Shown here piece after piece: positions 55,323 to 64,000 of a stretch of 64,000 bases of DNA. A program made the position numbers and the translations under genes. Positions within the stretch are counted from its first letter, which is position 1. Each line of letters begins with the position of its first letter. Origin of the DNA: Solirubrobacterales bacterium. GTDB lineage: Bacteria; Actinomycetota; Thermoleophilia; Solirubrobacterales; Solirubrobacteraceae. Where the stretch lies: NCBI GenBank assembly GCA_038327685.1, contig JBBQLH010000002.1, positions 11,147 through 75,146 on the forward strand. Direction: 5' to 3'. The notes below the pieces were generated by a model. It worked only from the letters and a program-made list of their open reading frames with translations, ran no database searches and had not been told where the DNA came from.

Positions 55323-56599
55323 AGCACCTCCACCTTCGGGATGGGGACGATGAACTGCGCGCCCCACTCGCGGGCGTACTCGAGCTGGGCCGCGATCTCA
55401 TGCTTGAGGTTCCAGGGCAGGATGAGGATGTAGTCCGGGCGGTCCCGCTCGAGCACCTCGGGGTGCAGGATCGGGATGTGGGTCCCCGGGAGGAACTGGC
55501 CCTGCTTATACGGGTTCCGGTCGACCGTGTAGTCGAGCAGGTCGGTGCGGATCCCGCAGTAGTTGAGCAGCGTGTTGCCCTTGCCCGGCGCGCCGTAGCC
55601 GGCGATGCGCTTGCCCTCGCGGCGCTTGGCGATGAGGAACTCGAGCAGGCTCCACTTGGCCTCCTCGACGCGCGCGGCGAACGCCTGGTGCCCCTCGAGC
55701 GTGTGATACCCGAGCGCGCGCTCGCGCTCGATCAGGTCGTGCACGCGCTGCTCGATCGGCCGGTTGCCGGTGTCCACCCGCTGGGCGTAGTAGCGCAGCG
55801 AGCCGCCGTGGCTCTTGAGCTCATCGACGTCGAAGACCTCGAGGCCGTGGGCGGCGAGCACCTTCTGGGCCGACAGGAACGAGAAGTACTGGAAGTGCTC
55901 GTGGTAGATCGTGTCGAACTGGTTGTCCTCGACCAGGCGCAGAAGGTGCGGCACCTCGATCGTCGCGACCCCGCGCGGCGCGAGCACCATCTGAATGCCG
56001 GCGACGAAGTCGTTGAGGTCCGGCACGTGCGCCATGACGTTGTTCGCGGCCAGCAGGTCCGCGCGGCGCCCGTCGGCGACCAGGTCGGCGGCCGTCTCGC
56101 GGCCGAAGAAGCGCACGATCGTCTCGATCCCGAGCTCGCGCGCCACCTCGGCGACGTTGGCCGCGGGCTCGATGCCGAGCGCGGGGATGCCGCGCTCGAG
56201 GACGTGGCGCAGGAGGTAGCCGTCGTTGCTCGCAACCTCCATGACGAGGCTGGCGGGGCCGAGCCCGAAGCGCTCGATGGCCATCTCCACGTACGCGCGA
56301 GCGTGCGCGACCCAGGAATCCGAGTAGGAGGAGAAGTACGCGTACTCGCTGAAGATGTGATCAGCGGTCACGAACTCCTCGAGCTGCACGAGCAGGCAGC
56401 CCTCGCAGAGCTTTGCGTGCAGCGGGTAGAACGGCTCCATCTCATTGACCCGCTCGGGCGGCACGTAGCTCTCGCACAGCGGCGACATGCCGAGGTCGGC
56501 GAACGTGTGGCGCAGCGGAGCGGCGCAGAAGCGGCACGCGGGCAGCGCGGTGTCAGTGTGGGGAGCCGCGATCAGGGTGTCCGTCTCGACTATCGGCAT
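55319..56599 (-). CDS. NDP-hexose C-methyltransferase (SAM-dependent, TylCIII-like architecture)
   Basis: N-terminal Cys cluster CRFC...CESY...CEGC, SAM fold VMEVASNDGYLL, and a C-terminal ILILPWNLKHEI domain. Confidence 0.8.
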   Translation of the reverse strand: MPIVETDTLIAAPHTDTALPACRFCAAPLRHTFADLGMSPLCESYVPPERVNEMEPFYPLHAKLCEGCLLVQLEEFVTADHIFSEYAYFSSYSDSWVAHARAYVEMAIERFGLGPASLVMEVASNDGYLLRHVLERGIPALGIEPAANVAEVARELGIETIVRFFGRETAADLVADGRRADLLAANNVMAHVPDLNDFVAGIQMVLAPRGVATIEVPHLLRLVEDNQFDTIYHEHFQYFSFLSAQKVLAAHGLEVFDVDELKSHGGSLRYYAQRVDTGNRPIEQRVHDLIERERALGYHTLEGHQAFAARVEEAKWSLLEFLIAKRREGKRIAGYGAPGKGNTLLNYCGIRTDLLDYTVDRNPYKQGQFLPGTHIPILHPEVLERDRPDYILILPWNLKHEIAAQLEYAREWGAQFIVPIPKVEVL

Positions 56600-56678
56600 G
56601 TCCAACCAACGGAAGCGGGCCGACCAGACTGTCGCGGTGGACGCTTCGTCGATGAGGCTGACCGGCGTCTGCTCAACG

Positions 56679-58187
56679 TCAGACGTTGCCGCGCCGCAGC
56701 ACGTGCCGCAAGGTCCGTACCAGCAGCTTCACGTCCAGCCACAGCGACCAGTTGGACACGTAGAGGTAGTCGATCGCGACCATCTCCTGCATCGGCACGC
56801 GCGTCCCCAGGACCTGCCATGGGCCGGTCATCCCGGGTGTGAGGTGAAGCCGGCTCCTGTCGAGACCCACCACCATGGCGTCCTCGTCGATCACGAGCGG
56901 CCGCGGGCCGACGAGGCTCATCTCCCCGCGCAGGACGTTGAAGAGCTGGGGGAGCTCGTCGAGCGACGTGCGGCGCAGGATGGCGCCCACACGCGTCACG
57001 CGCGGGTCCTGCGTGATCTTGAAGAGCCCGACACCGGCCTCGTTGAGTGCACGCACGTGGTCCTTCTGGTCGTCTGCGTCGGCCACCATCGACCGGTACT
57101 TGAAGATGCTGAAGTGCCGCCCGTCGCGGCCGACGCGCGGCTGACGGAAGAAGACCGAGCCCTTCGAGTCGAGCCGGATCGCGATCGCGATCGCGGTCAT
57201 CAGCGGAGCGACCAGCAGGAGTCCGACCGAGGCGGCGACGATGTCGACGACGCGCTTGAGAAGCCGGGACGAGCCCACGAGGCCGAAGCGACGAATGCCG
57301 AGCATGGTCAACCCGTCCACGTCGTCGAACTCGACCGCGGCGCCTACGGCCTCGAAGATGCGCGGCAGCACGCTCACCCGAACGCCGACCGCCTTGGCGA
57401 CGCGGATCAGCTCCGAGACGTCGCTCGTGTCGATCGTCGCCGGCGCCAGGATGATCCTGTGCACGCGCAGCTCGGAGACGACGTGGCGAAGGCTCTCGGG
57501 CGTGTCGAGCGCTTCGAGGATCTTGCCGGTGAGCGGTAGGGACGCGACGACCGTGGCCCGCGCGGCGCTCGATCCCAGGCGCTCGCGGATGCGCTCCGAG
57601 TGCTGCGGGTCGGCGATCACCAGGCAGCGCTCGCTCGGCGCGATCCGACCCGCGAGCGACCGCGCGGCCATGCGCCCGATCACGACAGCCGCGAACGAAC
57701 CGGTCCACAGCGTGGCGATCTGCCAGGCGTCGAGCGTCGCCGACTGGACCGCGGCCGAATGAACGATCGTGACGCAGAGGGCGAACAGGCCGGTGAGCTG
57801 AAGCAGCAGCGGCATTTCGTCGAGGGTTGAGTGGACGAGCCGGAGCTCGTCTCGGTCGTAGAGACCGGCGATCTTGAAGGGAACGACCAGCAGCGGCATG
57901 CCGACCATCGCGGCGATCGCGGCATGGCTCCCCGCCGTCATGCCCAGCACGAGGAACAGCACGAGGCTTGCTCCGGCGACATCGAACACGCCCAGCAAGC
58001 GGCGATGAAGCGCCTCCCGCCGCCACAGGGCGGGCAGACAGGCGTCATCGAGATCCGGCCGCGTGTCGTGCAGGGGCGACGGAACCGCCGCGAGCAGCGG
58101 CGCCGTCAGCACCCCCTCGCCGGCGGCGGTGGCCCCGGCGACGTGCGGCTCGTGGATCGTCAGCGTTGCGGCGAGATGCGGCGTCAT
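56679..58187 (-). CDS. polyprenyl-phosphate glycosyl-1-phosphate transferase (priming sugar transferase, WbaP/CpsE type)
   Basis: TM-rich N-terminus. C-terminal Bac_transf motifs KRVVDIV, FRQPRVGRDG, FKYRSM, DELPQLFNVLRGEMSLVGPRP. Alternative GTG start at 58211. Confidence 0.88.
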   Translation of the reverse strand: MTPHLAATLTIHEPHVAGATAAGEGVLTAPLLAAVPSPLHDTRPDLDDACLPALWRREALHRRLLGVFDVAGASLVLFLVLGMTAGSHAAIAAMVGMPLLVVPFKIAGLYDRDELRLVHSTLDEMPLLLQLTGLFALCVTIVHSAAVQSATLDAWQIATLWTGSFAAVVIGRMAARSLAGRIAPSERCLVIADPQHSERIRERLGSSAARATVVASLPLTGKILEALDTPESLRHVVSELRVHRIILAPATIDTSDVSELIRVAKAVGVRVSVLPRIFEAVGAAVEFDDVDGLTMLGIRRFGLVGSSRLLKRVVDIVAASVGLLLVAPLMTAIAIAIRLDSKGSVFFRQPRVGRDGRHFSIFKYRSMVADADDQKDHVRALNEAGVGLFKITQDPRVTRVGAILRRTSLDELPQLFNVLRGEMSLVGPRPLVIDEDAMVVGLDRSRLHLTPGMTGPWQVLGTRVPMQEMVAIDYLYVSNWSLWLDVKLLVRTLRHVLRRGNV

Positions 58188-58497
58188 AACCTTCCTGGTC
58201 CCCTCGCCCACGTCGGTGTGGGCGGGTCTGAATGACTAACGGCCAACAAAGCGGTGGACTTGCCGGTGCCCGCCACGCTGGTCCGAATGTCCATCGGAGT
58301 GGAAGGCGCGCCCCGACCGAGGCGGTCGAGCGTCCTGCTCGACCGGTCCGATTCTGAATCGGCGCTCAGGCGGCGACCACTATCCGAACGTCTAGACCCT
58401 CCGGCGGCCGGTCCGAGGTCGAGGTTCAGCGCGCTCCCGAGCGGTCAGGCGCCGAGGGTAGCTCTCCCGCTCGCGCGGGTAGCGTGGCTCGCAACCG

Positions 58498-58581
58498 ATG
58501 CGTGCCATGTTCGTCATCTACATCGTCCTGATCGCGGCCGGGCTCGTGACGTTCACGGCCATCGGCCTGACGCATCACTGA
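58498..58581 (+). CDS. 27-aa hydrophobic micro-ORF upstream of the DUF6766-like gene
   Basis: MRAMFVIYIVLIAAGLVTFTAIGLTHH. Its stop lies 6 nt before the next start. Confidence 0.35.
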   Translation: MRAMFVIYIVLIAAGLVTFTAIGLTHH

Positions 58582-58587
58582 GCGCGC

Positions 58588-59277
58588 GTGCGGTTCCTGC
58601 GCAACAACGGCCTGTCGGTGTTCTTCCTGGGGCTGTTCCTGGTCGTGCTCGTCGCGCAGGCGATCGCCGGCCACGCGCTCTACAACGACGAGGAGGTCGC
58701 CCACGCCAAGCTGCTCCACCAGCAGCCGGAAACGCTGACGCTGTGGCGCTACGTGACCTCGTCCTCGTTCGGCCAGGCGGTGATGGAGAACTGGCAGTCG
58801 GAGTACCTGCAGTTCACGATCTTCATCCTGACCGGCGTGTGGCTCGTCCAGAAGGGGTCGACCGAGTCCAAGCGGCTCGACGCGGTCGGCCGGGAGTCCG
58901 ACGAGGAGCAGAAGATCGGCCGATACGCGCTCGAGAGCTCACCGAAGTGGGCGAAGGCCAGGGGCCTGCGGCTGTGGCTGCTCTCGAACTCGCTGCTGAT
59001 CGTGATGGGCGTGATCTGGATCGGCTCCTGGTTCGGCCAATCCGTGACGGGCTGGAGCGTCTACAACGCCGACCAGATCCAGCACCTGCAGCCCACCGTG
59101 AACTGGCTCGCGTACATCAGCACCGCCGACTTCTGGGAGGCGACGCTGCAGAACTGGCAGTCGGAGTTCCTCGCCGTCGGCAGCATGGCGATCTTCAGCG
59201 TCTACCTGCGCCAGCGCGGGTCGTCGCAGTCCAAGCCGGTCGGCGCGCCGCACGAGGCGACGGCCGAGGAGGGCTGA
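58588..59277 (+). CDS. membrane protein with internal duplication (DUF6766-like)
   Basis: The halves share ...VMENWQSEYLQFTIFILTGVWLVQKGSTESK and ...TLQNWQSEFLAVGSMAIFSVYLRQRGSSQSK. Confidence 0.7.
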   Translation: MRFLRNNGLSVFFLGLFLVVLVAQAIAGHALYNDEEVAHAKLLHQQPETLTLWRYVTSSSFGQAVMENWQSEYLQFTIFILTGVWLVQKGSTESKRLDAVGRESDEEQKIGRYALESSPKWAKARGLRLWLLSNSLLIVMGVIWIGSWFGQSVTGWSVYNADQIQHLQPTVNWLAYISTADFWEATLQNWQSEFLAVGSMAIFSVYLRQRGSSQSKPVGAPHEATAEEG

Positions 59278-59279
59278 CG

Positions 59280-61154
59280 CTACTCGACGGTGACGGTCTT
59301 GGCGAGGTTGCGCGGCTGGTCGACGTTGAGGCCGCGCAGGCGCGCGATCCGGTAGGCCAGCAGCTGCAGCGGGATGACGGCGAGGAGCGGCTGGAGCATC
59401 CAGTCGGTCCGCGGGATCCGCAGGACCTCCTCGGCGTGCTCGCCGATGCCCAGGTCGCCCTCGGTCGCGACGGCGATCACGTGCGCGCCGCGGGCCCGCA
59501 CCTCCTGCATGTTCGAGACGACCTTCTCTAGCACGGGCGAGTCGGTGGCGACGACGACGACCGGCGTCTGCTCGCTCAGCAGCGCGATCGGGCCGTGCTT
59601 CATCTCGCCGGCCGCGTAGGCGTCGGTGGCGATGTAGGAGATCTCCTTGAGCTTGAGTGCGCCCTCGAGGCACACCGGCAGGCCGACGTGGCGGCCGAGA
59701 TAGAGGAAAAACTCGGCCTGGTGGTGGCGCTCGGCCGTGCGGTCGATCGCGGCCATCAGTCCGCCCGAGAGCATCGCGTCGATGTAGTGCGGGATCCGCT
59801 TGAGCTCGGCGACGAGCTCGCACAGGCGCTCGCGCGCAAGCGTGCCGCGCAGCTCTGCCAGCCGCAGCGCGAGCAGGTACATCGCGGCGACCTGGGCGAC
59901 GAAGGTCTTCGTGGCGGCCACGCCGACCTCGAGCCCGGCGCGCGTGTAGAGGACGCCATGGGCGTCGCGGGTGGCCTGCGAGCCCATGATGTTCGTGACG
60001 GCGAGCACCTTCGCGCCGCGCTCCTTGGCCAGGCGCATGGCGGCGAGCGTGTCGGCGGTCTCGCCCGACTGGGTGATGCCGATGACGAGGTCGCCCTGCC
60101 CGACCACCGGATCGCGGTAGCGGTACTCGGAGGCGATGTCCATCTCGACCGGGACGCGCGCCCACTGCTCGAGCGCGTAGCGCCCGATGAGGCCGGCGTG
60201 GTAGGAGGTGCCGCAGGCGACGACGACGATGCGGTTGCAGTCGCGCAGAAAGGCGTCGTCGATGGAGCCGAGCCCGTCGAGGTCGACGCCGTCGGGGCGG
60301 ACCGTGCGGTCGGCGATCGTCTCGGCGACTGCGTCCGCCTGCTCGTAGATCTCCTTGAGCATGAAGGTCTCGTAGCCGCCCTTCTCGGCGACCTCCTCGG
60401 TCCAGTCGACCTCGTCGACCGACCGCTCCACGGTCTCGCCGGCGGCGCTGAGGAACTCGACTCCGTCGCGGCGCACGACGACGATCTCGTCGTTCTCGAT
60501 CAGCTGCACGCGGCGGGTATGCGCCAGGAAGGCGGGGATGGCGGAGGCGATGAACTGCTCGTCGTCACCGCGGCCGACGATCAGCGGGCACTCCTTGCGG
60601 GCGCCGACGAGGAGGTCCGGCTCGTCGGCGGCCGCGGCAACGAACGCGTAGTGGCCGCGGAGCCGGCCGTAGGCGCGCAGGACGGCGTCGACGAGCTGGT
60701 CGCCCTCGTCGAGGTGCCGAGAGATCAGGTGGGCGATGACCTCCGCGTCGGTCTCGGACGTGAAGACGGCGCCGGAGGCCTGCAGCTCCTCTTTGAGGAG
60801 CATGTAGTTCTCGACGATCCCGTTGACGACGACATGGACGCGGTCGTCGGTGTCGTAGTGCGGGTGCGCGTTGGCCTCGGTGACGCGGCCGTGGGTGGCC
60901 CAACGGGTGTGGCCGATCCCGGTCGTCGCGGGCGGCGCCGCGACCGCTACCCCGCCGCCGTCGTCCGCGGCGTCCTCACCGATGGCCGTACGCAGGGCGC
61001 TGAGGTTGCCGACGGAGCGCACGGACTCGAAGTGGCCGTCGCAGAGCACCGAGATGCCCGCGGAGTCATAGCCCCGGTACTCGAGCTTCTCAAGCCCCGC
61101 GAGGAGGACGTCCTGGACCGCGCGCGGTCCCACATAGCCGACGATTCCGCACAT
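59280..61154 (-). CDS. glmS: glutamine--fructose-6-phosphate aminotransferase
   Basis: MCGIVGY N-terminal nucleophile, two SIS domains, C-terminal ...NLAKTVTVE. Confidence 0.97.
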   Translation of the reverse strand: MCGIVGYVGPRAVQDVLLAGLEKLEYRGYDSAGISVLCDGHFESVRSVGNLSALRTAIGEDAADDGGGVAVAAPPATTGIGHTRWATHGRVTEANAHPHYDTDDRVHVVVNGIVENYMLLKEELQASGAVFTSETDAEVIAHLISRHLDEGDQLVDAVLRAYGRLRGHYAFVAAAADEPDLLVGARKECPLIVGRGDDEQFIASAIPAFLAHTRRVQLIENDEIVVVRRDGVEFLSAAGETVERSVDEVDWTEEVAEKGGYETFMLKEIYEQADAVAETIADRTVRPDGVDLDGLGSIDDAFLRDCNRIVVVACGTSYHAGLIGRYALEQWARVPVEMDIASEYRYRDPVVGQGDLVIGITQSGETADTLAAMRLAKERGAKVLAVTNIMGSQATRDAHGVLYTRAGLEVGVAATKTFVAQVAAMYLLALRLAELRGTLARERLCELVAELKRIPHYIDAMLSGGLMAAIDRTAERHHQAEFFLYLGRHVGLPVCLEGALKLKEISYIATDAYAAGEMKHGPIALLSEQTPVVVVATDSPVLEKVVSNMQEVRARGAHVIAVATEGDLGIGEHAEEVLRIPRTDWMLQPLLAVIPLQLLAYRIARLRGLNVDQPRNLAKTVTVE

Positions 61155-61166
61155 GAGTGGGCGATT

Positions 61167-62519
61167 CTAGAGCGGCTCGGGGGCTCCTGCCCCGCCGTTC
61201 GTCGAGTCCTCGACCGCTGCGACGAGCCGGGCGCATGCGGCGTCCGCCTCCTGCTCGGTCGGGGCCTCGACCATCACCCGGACGAGCGGCTCGGTGCCGC
61301 TGGGACGGACGAGCACGCGCCCGCGGCCCTCGAGCGCGGCCGCCTCGCGCTTGATCGCCTCGCCGCTGGCGGTCGTGGCGGCGGCGAGGGCGGCGCGATC
61401 GGCCATCCGCACGTTGACGAGCCGCTGGGGCAGCTTCTCCATCGCGCGGCGGTCGGCCAGGTCGCCGCCGCCGAGCGCCTCGAGCGTGAGCAACGCGGCC
61501 GCGATGCCGTCGCCCGAGGGCACGAAGCCGGTGTCGATGATGTGGCCGGACTGCTCGCCGCCGAGCGCCCAGCCGCGCTCGCGCAGCACCTCGAGCACGT
61601 AGCGGTCGCCGACCGGCGTGGTCGCGACCTCGACGCCGGCGGCCCGCATCGCCGTATGGAAGCCGTAGTTCGTCATCACGGTCACCGCCACCCCGTTGCC
61701 CGGGAGGCGGTCGGTCGCGCGCAGGTGCAGAGCGGCGAGCGCGATCAGCTCGTCGCCGTCGACCACCGTGCCGGCGCGGTCGACCGCGAGGACGCGGTCG
61801 CCGTCGCCGTCGAAGGCGAAGCCGGCGTCGTAGCGCCCGTCACGCATCGTGGCCGCGAGGCCCTCGACGTGGGTGGAGCCGCAGCCGTCGTTGATGTTGC
61901 GCCCGTCCGGGTCGGCCGCGACCAGGTCGACCTCCGCGCCGAGGCGGCGGAAGATCTCGGGCGCGGCGCGGTGGGTCGCGCCGTTGGCGCAGTCGAGCAG
62001 CACGTGCCGGCTGCTGAGGTCGAGCTCGGCGAAGCGCAGGTGCAGCCCGCGCAGGTAGTCCTCGAGCGCGCCGTGGAGCCTGCGGACCGCGCCGATGTCG
62101 GCGGAGTGCGGCGGCGGGTCGTCGAGCAGCGCCTCGATCTCGAACTCCGTGTCGTCGGAGAGCTTGAAGCCGTCGCCCCCGAAGAACTTGATGCCGTTGT
62201 CGCGGTAGGGGTTGTGCGACGCGGAGATCACGACCCCGAGGTCGAGCCCGTAGCGGCTGATCAGCAGCGGCGCGCCGGGCGTCGGCAGCACGCCGCCGAG
62301 CAGCGCCTCGCCGCCCGCCGCGGCGATGCCGGCGGCGACAGCCGCCTCGAGCATCTCGCCCGACTCACGCGTGTCGCGGATGACGAGCACCCGCGCCGGG
62401 CGCGAGGGGGAGGCGGCGCGCGTGGTCGCCGCGCGCGCCAGCCCGAGCGCCATGTCCGCCGTGAGGAACTCGCCCGCGACGCCGCGGACGCCGTCCGTGC
62501 CGAACAGGCGGCGGGACAA
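61167..62519 (-). CDS. glmM: phosphoglucosamine mutase
   Basis: LFGTDGVRG and active-site SASHNPYRDNGIKFF. Confidence 0.95.
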   Translation of the reverse strand: MSRRLFGTDGVRGVAGEFLTADMALGLARAATTRAASPSRPARVLVIRDTRESGEMLEAAVAAGIAAAGGEALLGGVLPTPGAPLLISRYGLDLGVVISASHNPYRDNGIKFFGGDGFKLSDDTEFEIEALLDDPPPHSADIGAVRRLHGALEDYLRGLHLRFAELDLSSRHVLLDCANGATHRAAPEIFRRLGAEVDLVAADPDGRNINDGCGSTHVEGLAATMRDGRYDAGFAFDGDGDRVLAVDRAGTVVDGDELIALAALHLRATDRLPGNGVAVTVMTNYGFHTAMRAAGVEVATTPVGDRYVLEVLRERGWALGGEQSGHIIDTGFVPSGDGIAAALLTLEALGGGDLADRRAMEKLPQRLVNVRMADRAALAAATTASGEAIKREAAALEGRGRVLVRPSGTEPLVRVMVEAPTEQEADAACARLVAAVEDSTNGGAGAPEPL

Positions 62520-62524
62520 ACCCG

Positions 62525-63493
62525 CTAGCGCTTCGAGAACTGCGGCCGCTTGCGGGCCTTCTTGAGGCCGGCCTTCTTGCGCTCCTTCACGCGCGGGTCA
62601 CGCGTGAGGAAGCCGCGGCGCTTGAGCTCGGAGCGGAGGTTGGGGTCGGCGTCGATGAGCGCGCGCGAGACGCCGTGGCGCAGCGCGCCGGCCTGGGCCG
62701 AGACCCCGCCGCCGTGGATCTTGGCGACGACGTCCATGCGCTCCTGGTAGCCGACCGTCTCGAGCGGCTGCCGGATGTTGCGCTGGAGCGTGAAGCGCGG
62801 GAAGTGCTGCTCGAGCGTGCGGCCGTTGATCAGGTAGGCGCCCGTGCCGGGCTTGAGGATCACGCGCGCGACCGAGGTCTTGCGCTTGCCGGTGGCGCGG
62901 TAGCGCGCGCCGGCGGCGAGGTTGATCTCGACGGCGATCGGCTGCGAGGCGACGTCGTCGTCGTCGCCGTCGGCATCCGCGCCGTCCTCCACGTCCTCGT
63001 CGTAGCCGGAGCCCTCGCCACGTAGCGGGGTCTCGCCCTCGCGGACGATGTCGACCTCGAGGTCCATGCCGGGGATGGCCGGCTTCTCGCGCGGAGCCGC
63101 CTCCTCCTCGTCGTCGTCCGCGTCGGCCTCGGCGACCGGCTCGGCGGCCTCGTCGTCGTCCGCGTCGGCCTCGGCGACCGGCTCGGCGGCGGGCTCCTCA
63201 GCCGGAGCGGGCTCCTCAGCGACGGGCTCTTCGACCGTGGGCTCCTCAGCGGGAGCGGGCTCCTCGGCGACCGGCTCCTCGGCGACGGGCTGCTCGACCG
63301 CGGGCTCCTCAGCGGGAGCGGGCTCCTCGGCGACCGGCTCCTCAGCGGGAGCGGGCTCCTCAGCGACCGGCTCCTCGACCGCAGGCTCCTCAGCGGGAGT
63401 CGGCTGCTCGGCGGCGGGCGCGTCGGGCGCTGCCTCGTCGGCGGGCGGGGTCGCCTCGGGCTCGGTGTCGTCGGGACGCTTCTCTTTGGCCAT
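62525..63493 (-). CDS. rpsI: 30S ribosomal protein S9 with a ~190-aa acidic repetitive N-terminal extension
   Basis: C-terminal 130 aa are canonical S9 ([14 protein letters not shown]...[14 protein letters not shown]...KRPQFSKR). The N-terminus is [14 protein letters not shown]-type repeats. Confidence 0.9.
   Translation of the reverse strand: MAKEKRPDDTEPEATPPADEAAPDAPAAEQPTPAEEPAVEEPVAEEPAPAEEPVAEEPAPAEEPAVEQPVAEEPVAEEPAPAEEPTVEEPVAEEPAPAEEPAAEPVAEADADDDEAAEPVAEADADDDEEEAAPREKPAIPGMDLEVDIVREGETPLRGEGSGYDEDVEDGADADGDDDDVASQPIAVEINLAAGARYRATGKRKTSVARVILKPGTGAYLINGRTLEQHFPRFTLQRNIRQPLETVGYQERMDVVAKIHGGGVSAQAGALRHGVSRALIDADPNLRSELKRRGFLTRDPRVKERKKAGLKKARKRPQFSKR
63088..63400. repeat. in-frame tandem DNA repeats encoding the acidic Pro/Ala/Glu tract of S9
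   Basis: Reiterated gggctcctc(a/g)gcg(a/g)..cgggctcctc units, plus a ~39-bp direct repeat (gtcgtccgcgtcggcctcggcgaccggctcggcggc) occurring twice. Confidence 0.8.
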
Positions 63494-63927
63494 CAGGTCT
63501 TGATCTCCAGGGGTTGCGGCATCTGCGCGGCGTGGGGGTGCTGCGGCCCCGCGTAGATCTTGAGCTTGGTGATCTGCCTGCGCGCGAGGCGGTTGCGAGG
63601 CAGCATGCCGCGCACGGCGAGGCGGATGACCTCCTCGGGGCGGCGGTCGAGCATCTCGTTGAGCGTGCGCGACTTCAGGCCGCCGGGGTACCCCGAGTGC
63701 CGGTAGTAGCGCTTCTCGGCACGCTTGTTGCCCGTCACGGAGATCTTCTCCGCGTTGATCACCACGACGAAGTCGCCCGTGTCGATGTGAGGCGTGTAGG
63801 TCGGCTTGCGCTTGCCGCGCAGCGCGTCGGCGATCTGGGTCGCGAGACGGCCGAGGGTCTGGCCCTCGGCATCCACGAGCAGCCAGTTGCGCTCTCGGTC
63901 GAGTGGGGTGGCGACGTAGGTCTTCAT
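63493..63927 (-). CDS. rplM: 50S ribosomal protein L13
   Basis: MKTYVATP...[15 protein letters not shown]...[10 protein letters not shown]. The ATG at 63927 was chosen over the ORF-track start at 63984. Confidence 0.93.
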   Translation of the reverse strand: MKTYVATPLDRERNWLLVDAEGQTLGRLATQIADALRGKRKPTYTPHIDTGDFVVVINAEKISVTGNKRAEKRYYRHSGYPGGLKSRTLNEMLDRRPEEVIRLAVRGMLPRNRLARRQITKLKIYAGPQHPHAAQMPQPLEIKT

Positions 63928-64000
63928 GGCAGGCGTGCGAACGCCACGCGAGACCGCGCGGCGGCGGTCAATGATAGCGGGCAATCGGCTGCCGCTGTTA

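Noticed and set aside
61155-61166. Possible glmS ribozyme upstream of glmS
   Set aside because: Only 12 nt separate the glmM stop from the glmS start, so there is no room for the ~170-nt ribozyme. The genes form a simple operon.
59595-62528. 977-aa ORF on the plus strand, the longest in the window
   Set aside because: It lies antisense to glmS and glmM, which have unmistakable catalytic motifs. Its translation is Arg/Gly/Asp/Val-rich with no motifs. This is a typical high-GC shadow ORF.
63088-63400. Regularly spaced direct repeats that could suggest a CRISPR-like or VNTR array
   Set aside because: The repeats are in frame inside rpsI and encode the acidic Pro/Ala/Glu tract. There are no unique spacers and no cas genes.
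1-64000. tRNA, rRNA, CRISPR arrays, prophage or recognisable defence-system genes
   Set aside because: Scanning the intergenic regions and all ORF translations by eye showed no T-loop/acceptor patterns, no repeat-spacer arrays, and no nuclease/helicase/methylase clusters. The absence is by eye only and should be confirmed with tRNAscan, Infernal and defence-system HMMs.

Overview
High-GC window (by eye about 70% G+C, strong third-position GC bias), Actinomycetota-like, with about 70 protein genes. I saw no rRNA, tRNA or CRISPR array. Layout: (1) 1-2.0 kb: stressosome-type module (RsbR 3' fragment, RsbS, RsbT, PP2C phosphatase) plus a GNAT, followed by a 141-bp nested palindrome. (2) 3.1-9.3 kb: caa3-type cytochrome c oxidase locus, ctaC(+cyt c)-ctaD-[unknown tandem-domain gene]-ctaE-[36-aa micro-ORF]-ctaG, with a convergent cytochrome c/cupredoxin fusion lipoprotein. 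(3) 9.3-22.3 kb: mixed housekeeping and signalling genes (GT4, GAF-GGDEF-HD-GYP, cspA, HIT, M28 peptidase, cca, alr, CBS, nnr, acpS). (4) 22.5-29 kb: regulatory island (PAS histidine kinase, canonical LuxR response regulator, three paralogous atypical-receiver proteins, ECF sigma, a degenerate RmlA-like nucleotidyltransferase). (5) 29-58.2 kb: a large Wzx/Wzy-type polysaccharide locus. It holds a priming sugar transferase, wzx, wzy, a Wzz-like protein, two GT4 and three GT2 genes, an AlgD-like GDP-mannose dehydrogenase, an O-acyltransferase, a NodB deacetylase, a CDP-hexose C-methylation module and a decayed IS481-type element. (6) 58.5-64 kb: DUF6766-like membrane protein, glmS, glmM, rpsI, rplM. 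Best candidates for undescribed biology, all in block 5 unless noted: a GNAT / acyl-CoA ligase / PLP decarboxylase / ACP set, which I recall as an uncharacterised accessory of proteobacterial exosortase-A EPS loci, here with no exosortase in view; next to the ACP, an 8-TM membrane protein whose loop is a LamG domain with its halves in swapped order (C-half then N-half) and a 1-nt frame break; a pair of secreted paralogs, one carrying thrombospondin-type-3-like Ca-binding repeats; a Cys-rich internally duplicated protein; and, outside block 5, an unknown gene translationally coupled inside the oxidase operon. All calls come from reading the translations. No searches were run, and family accessions are from memory.
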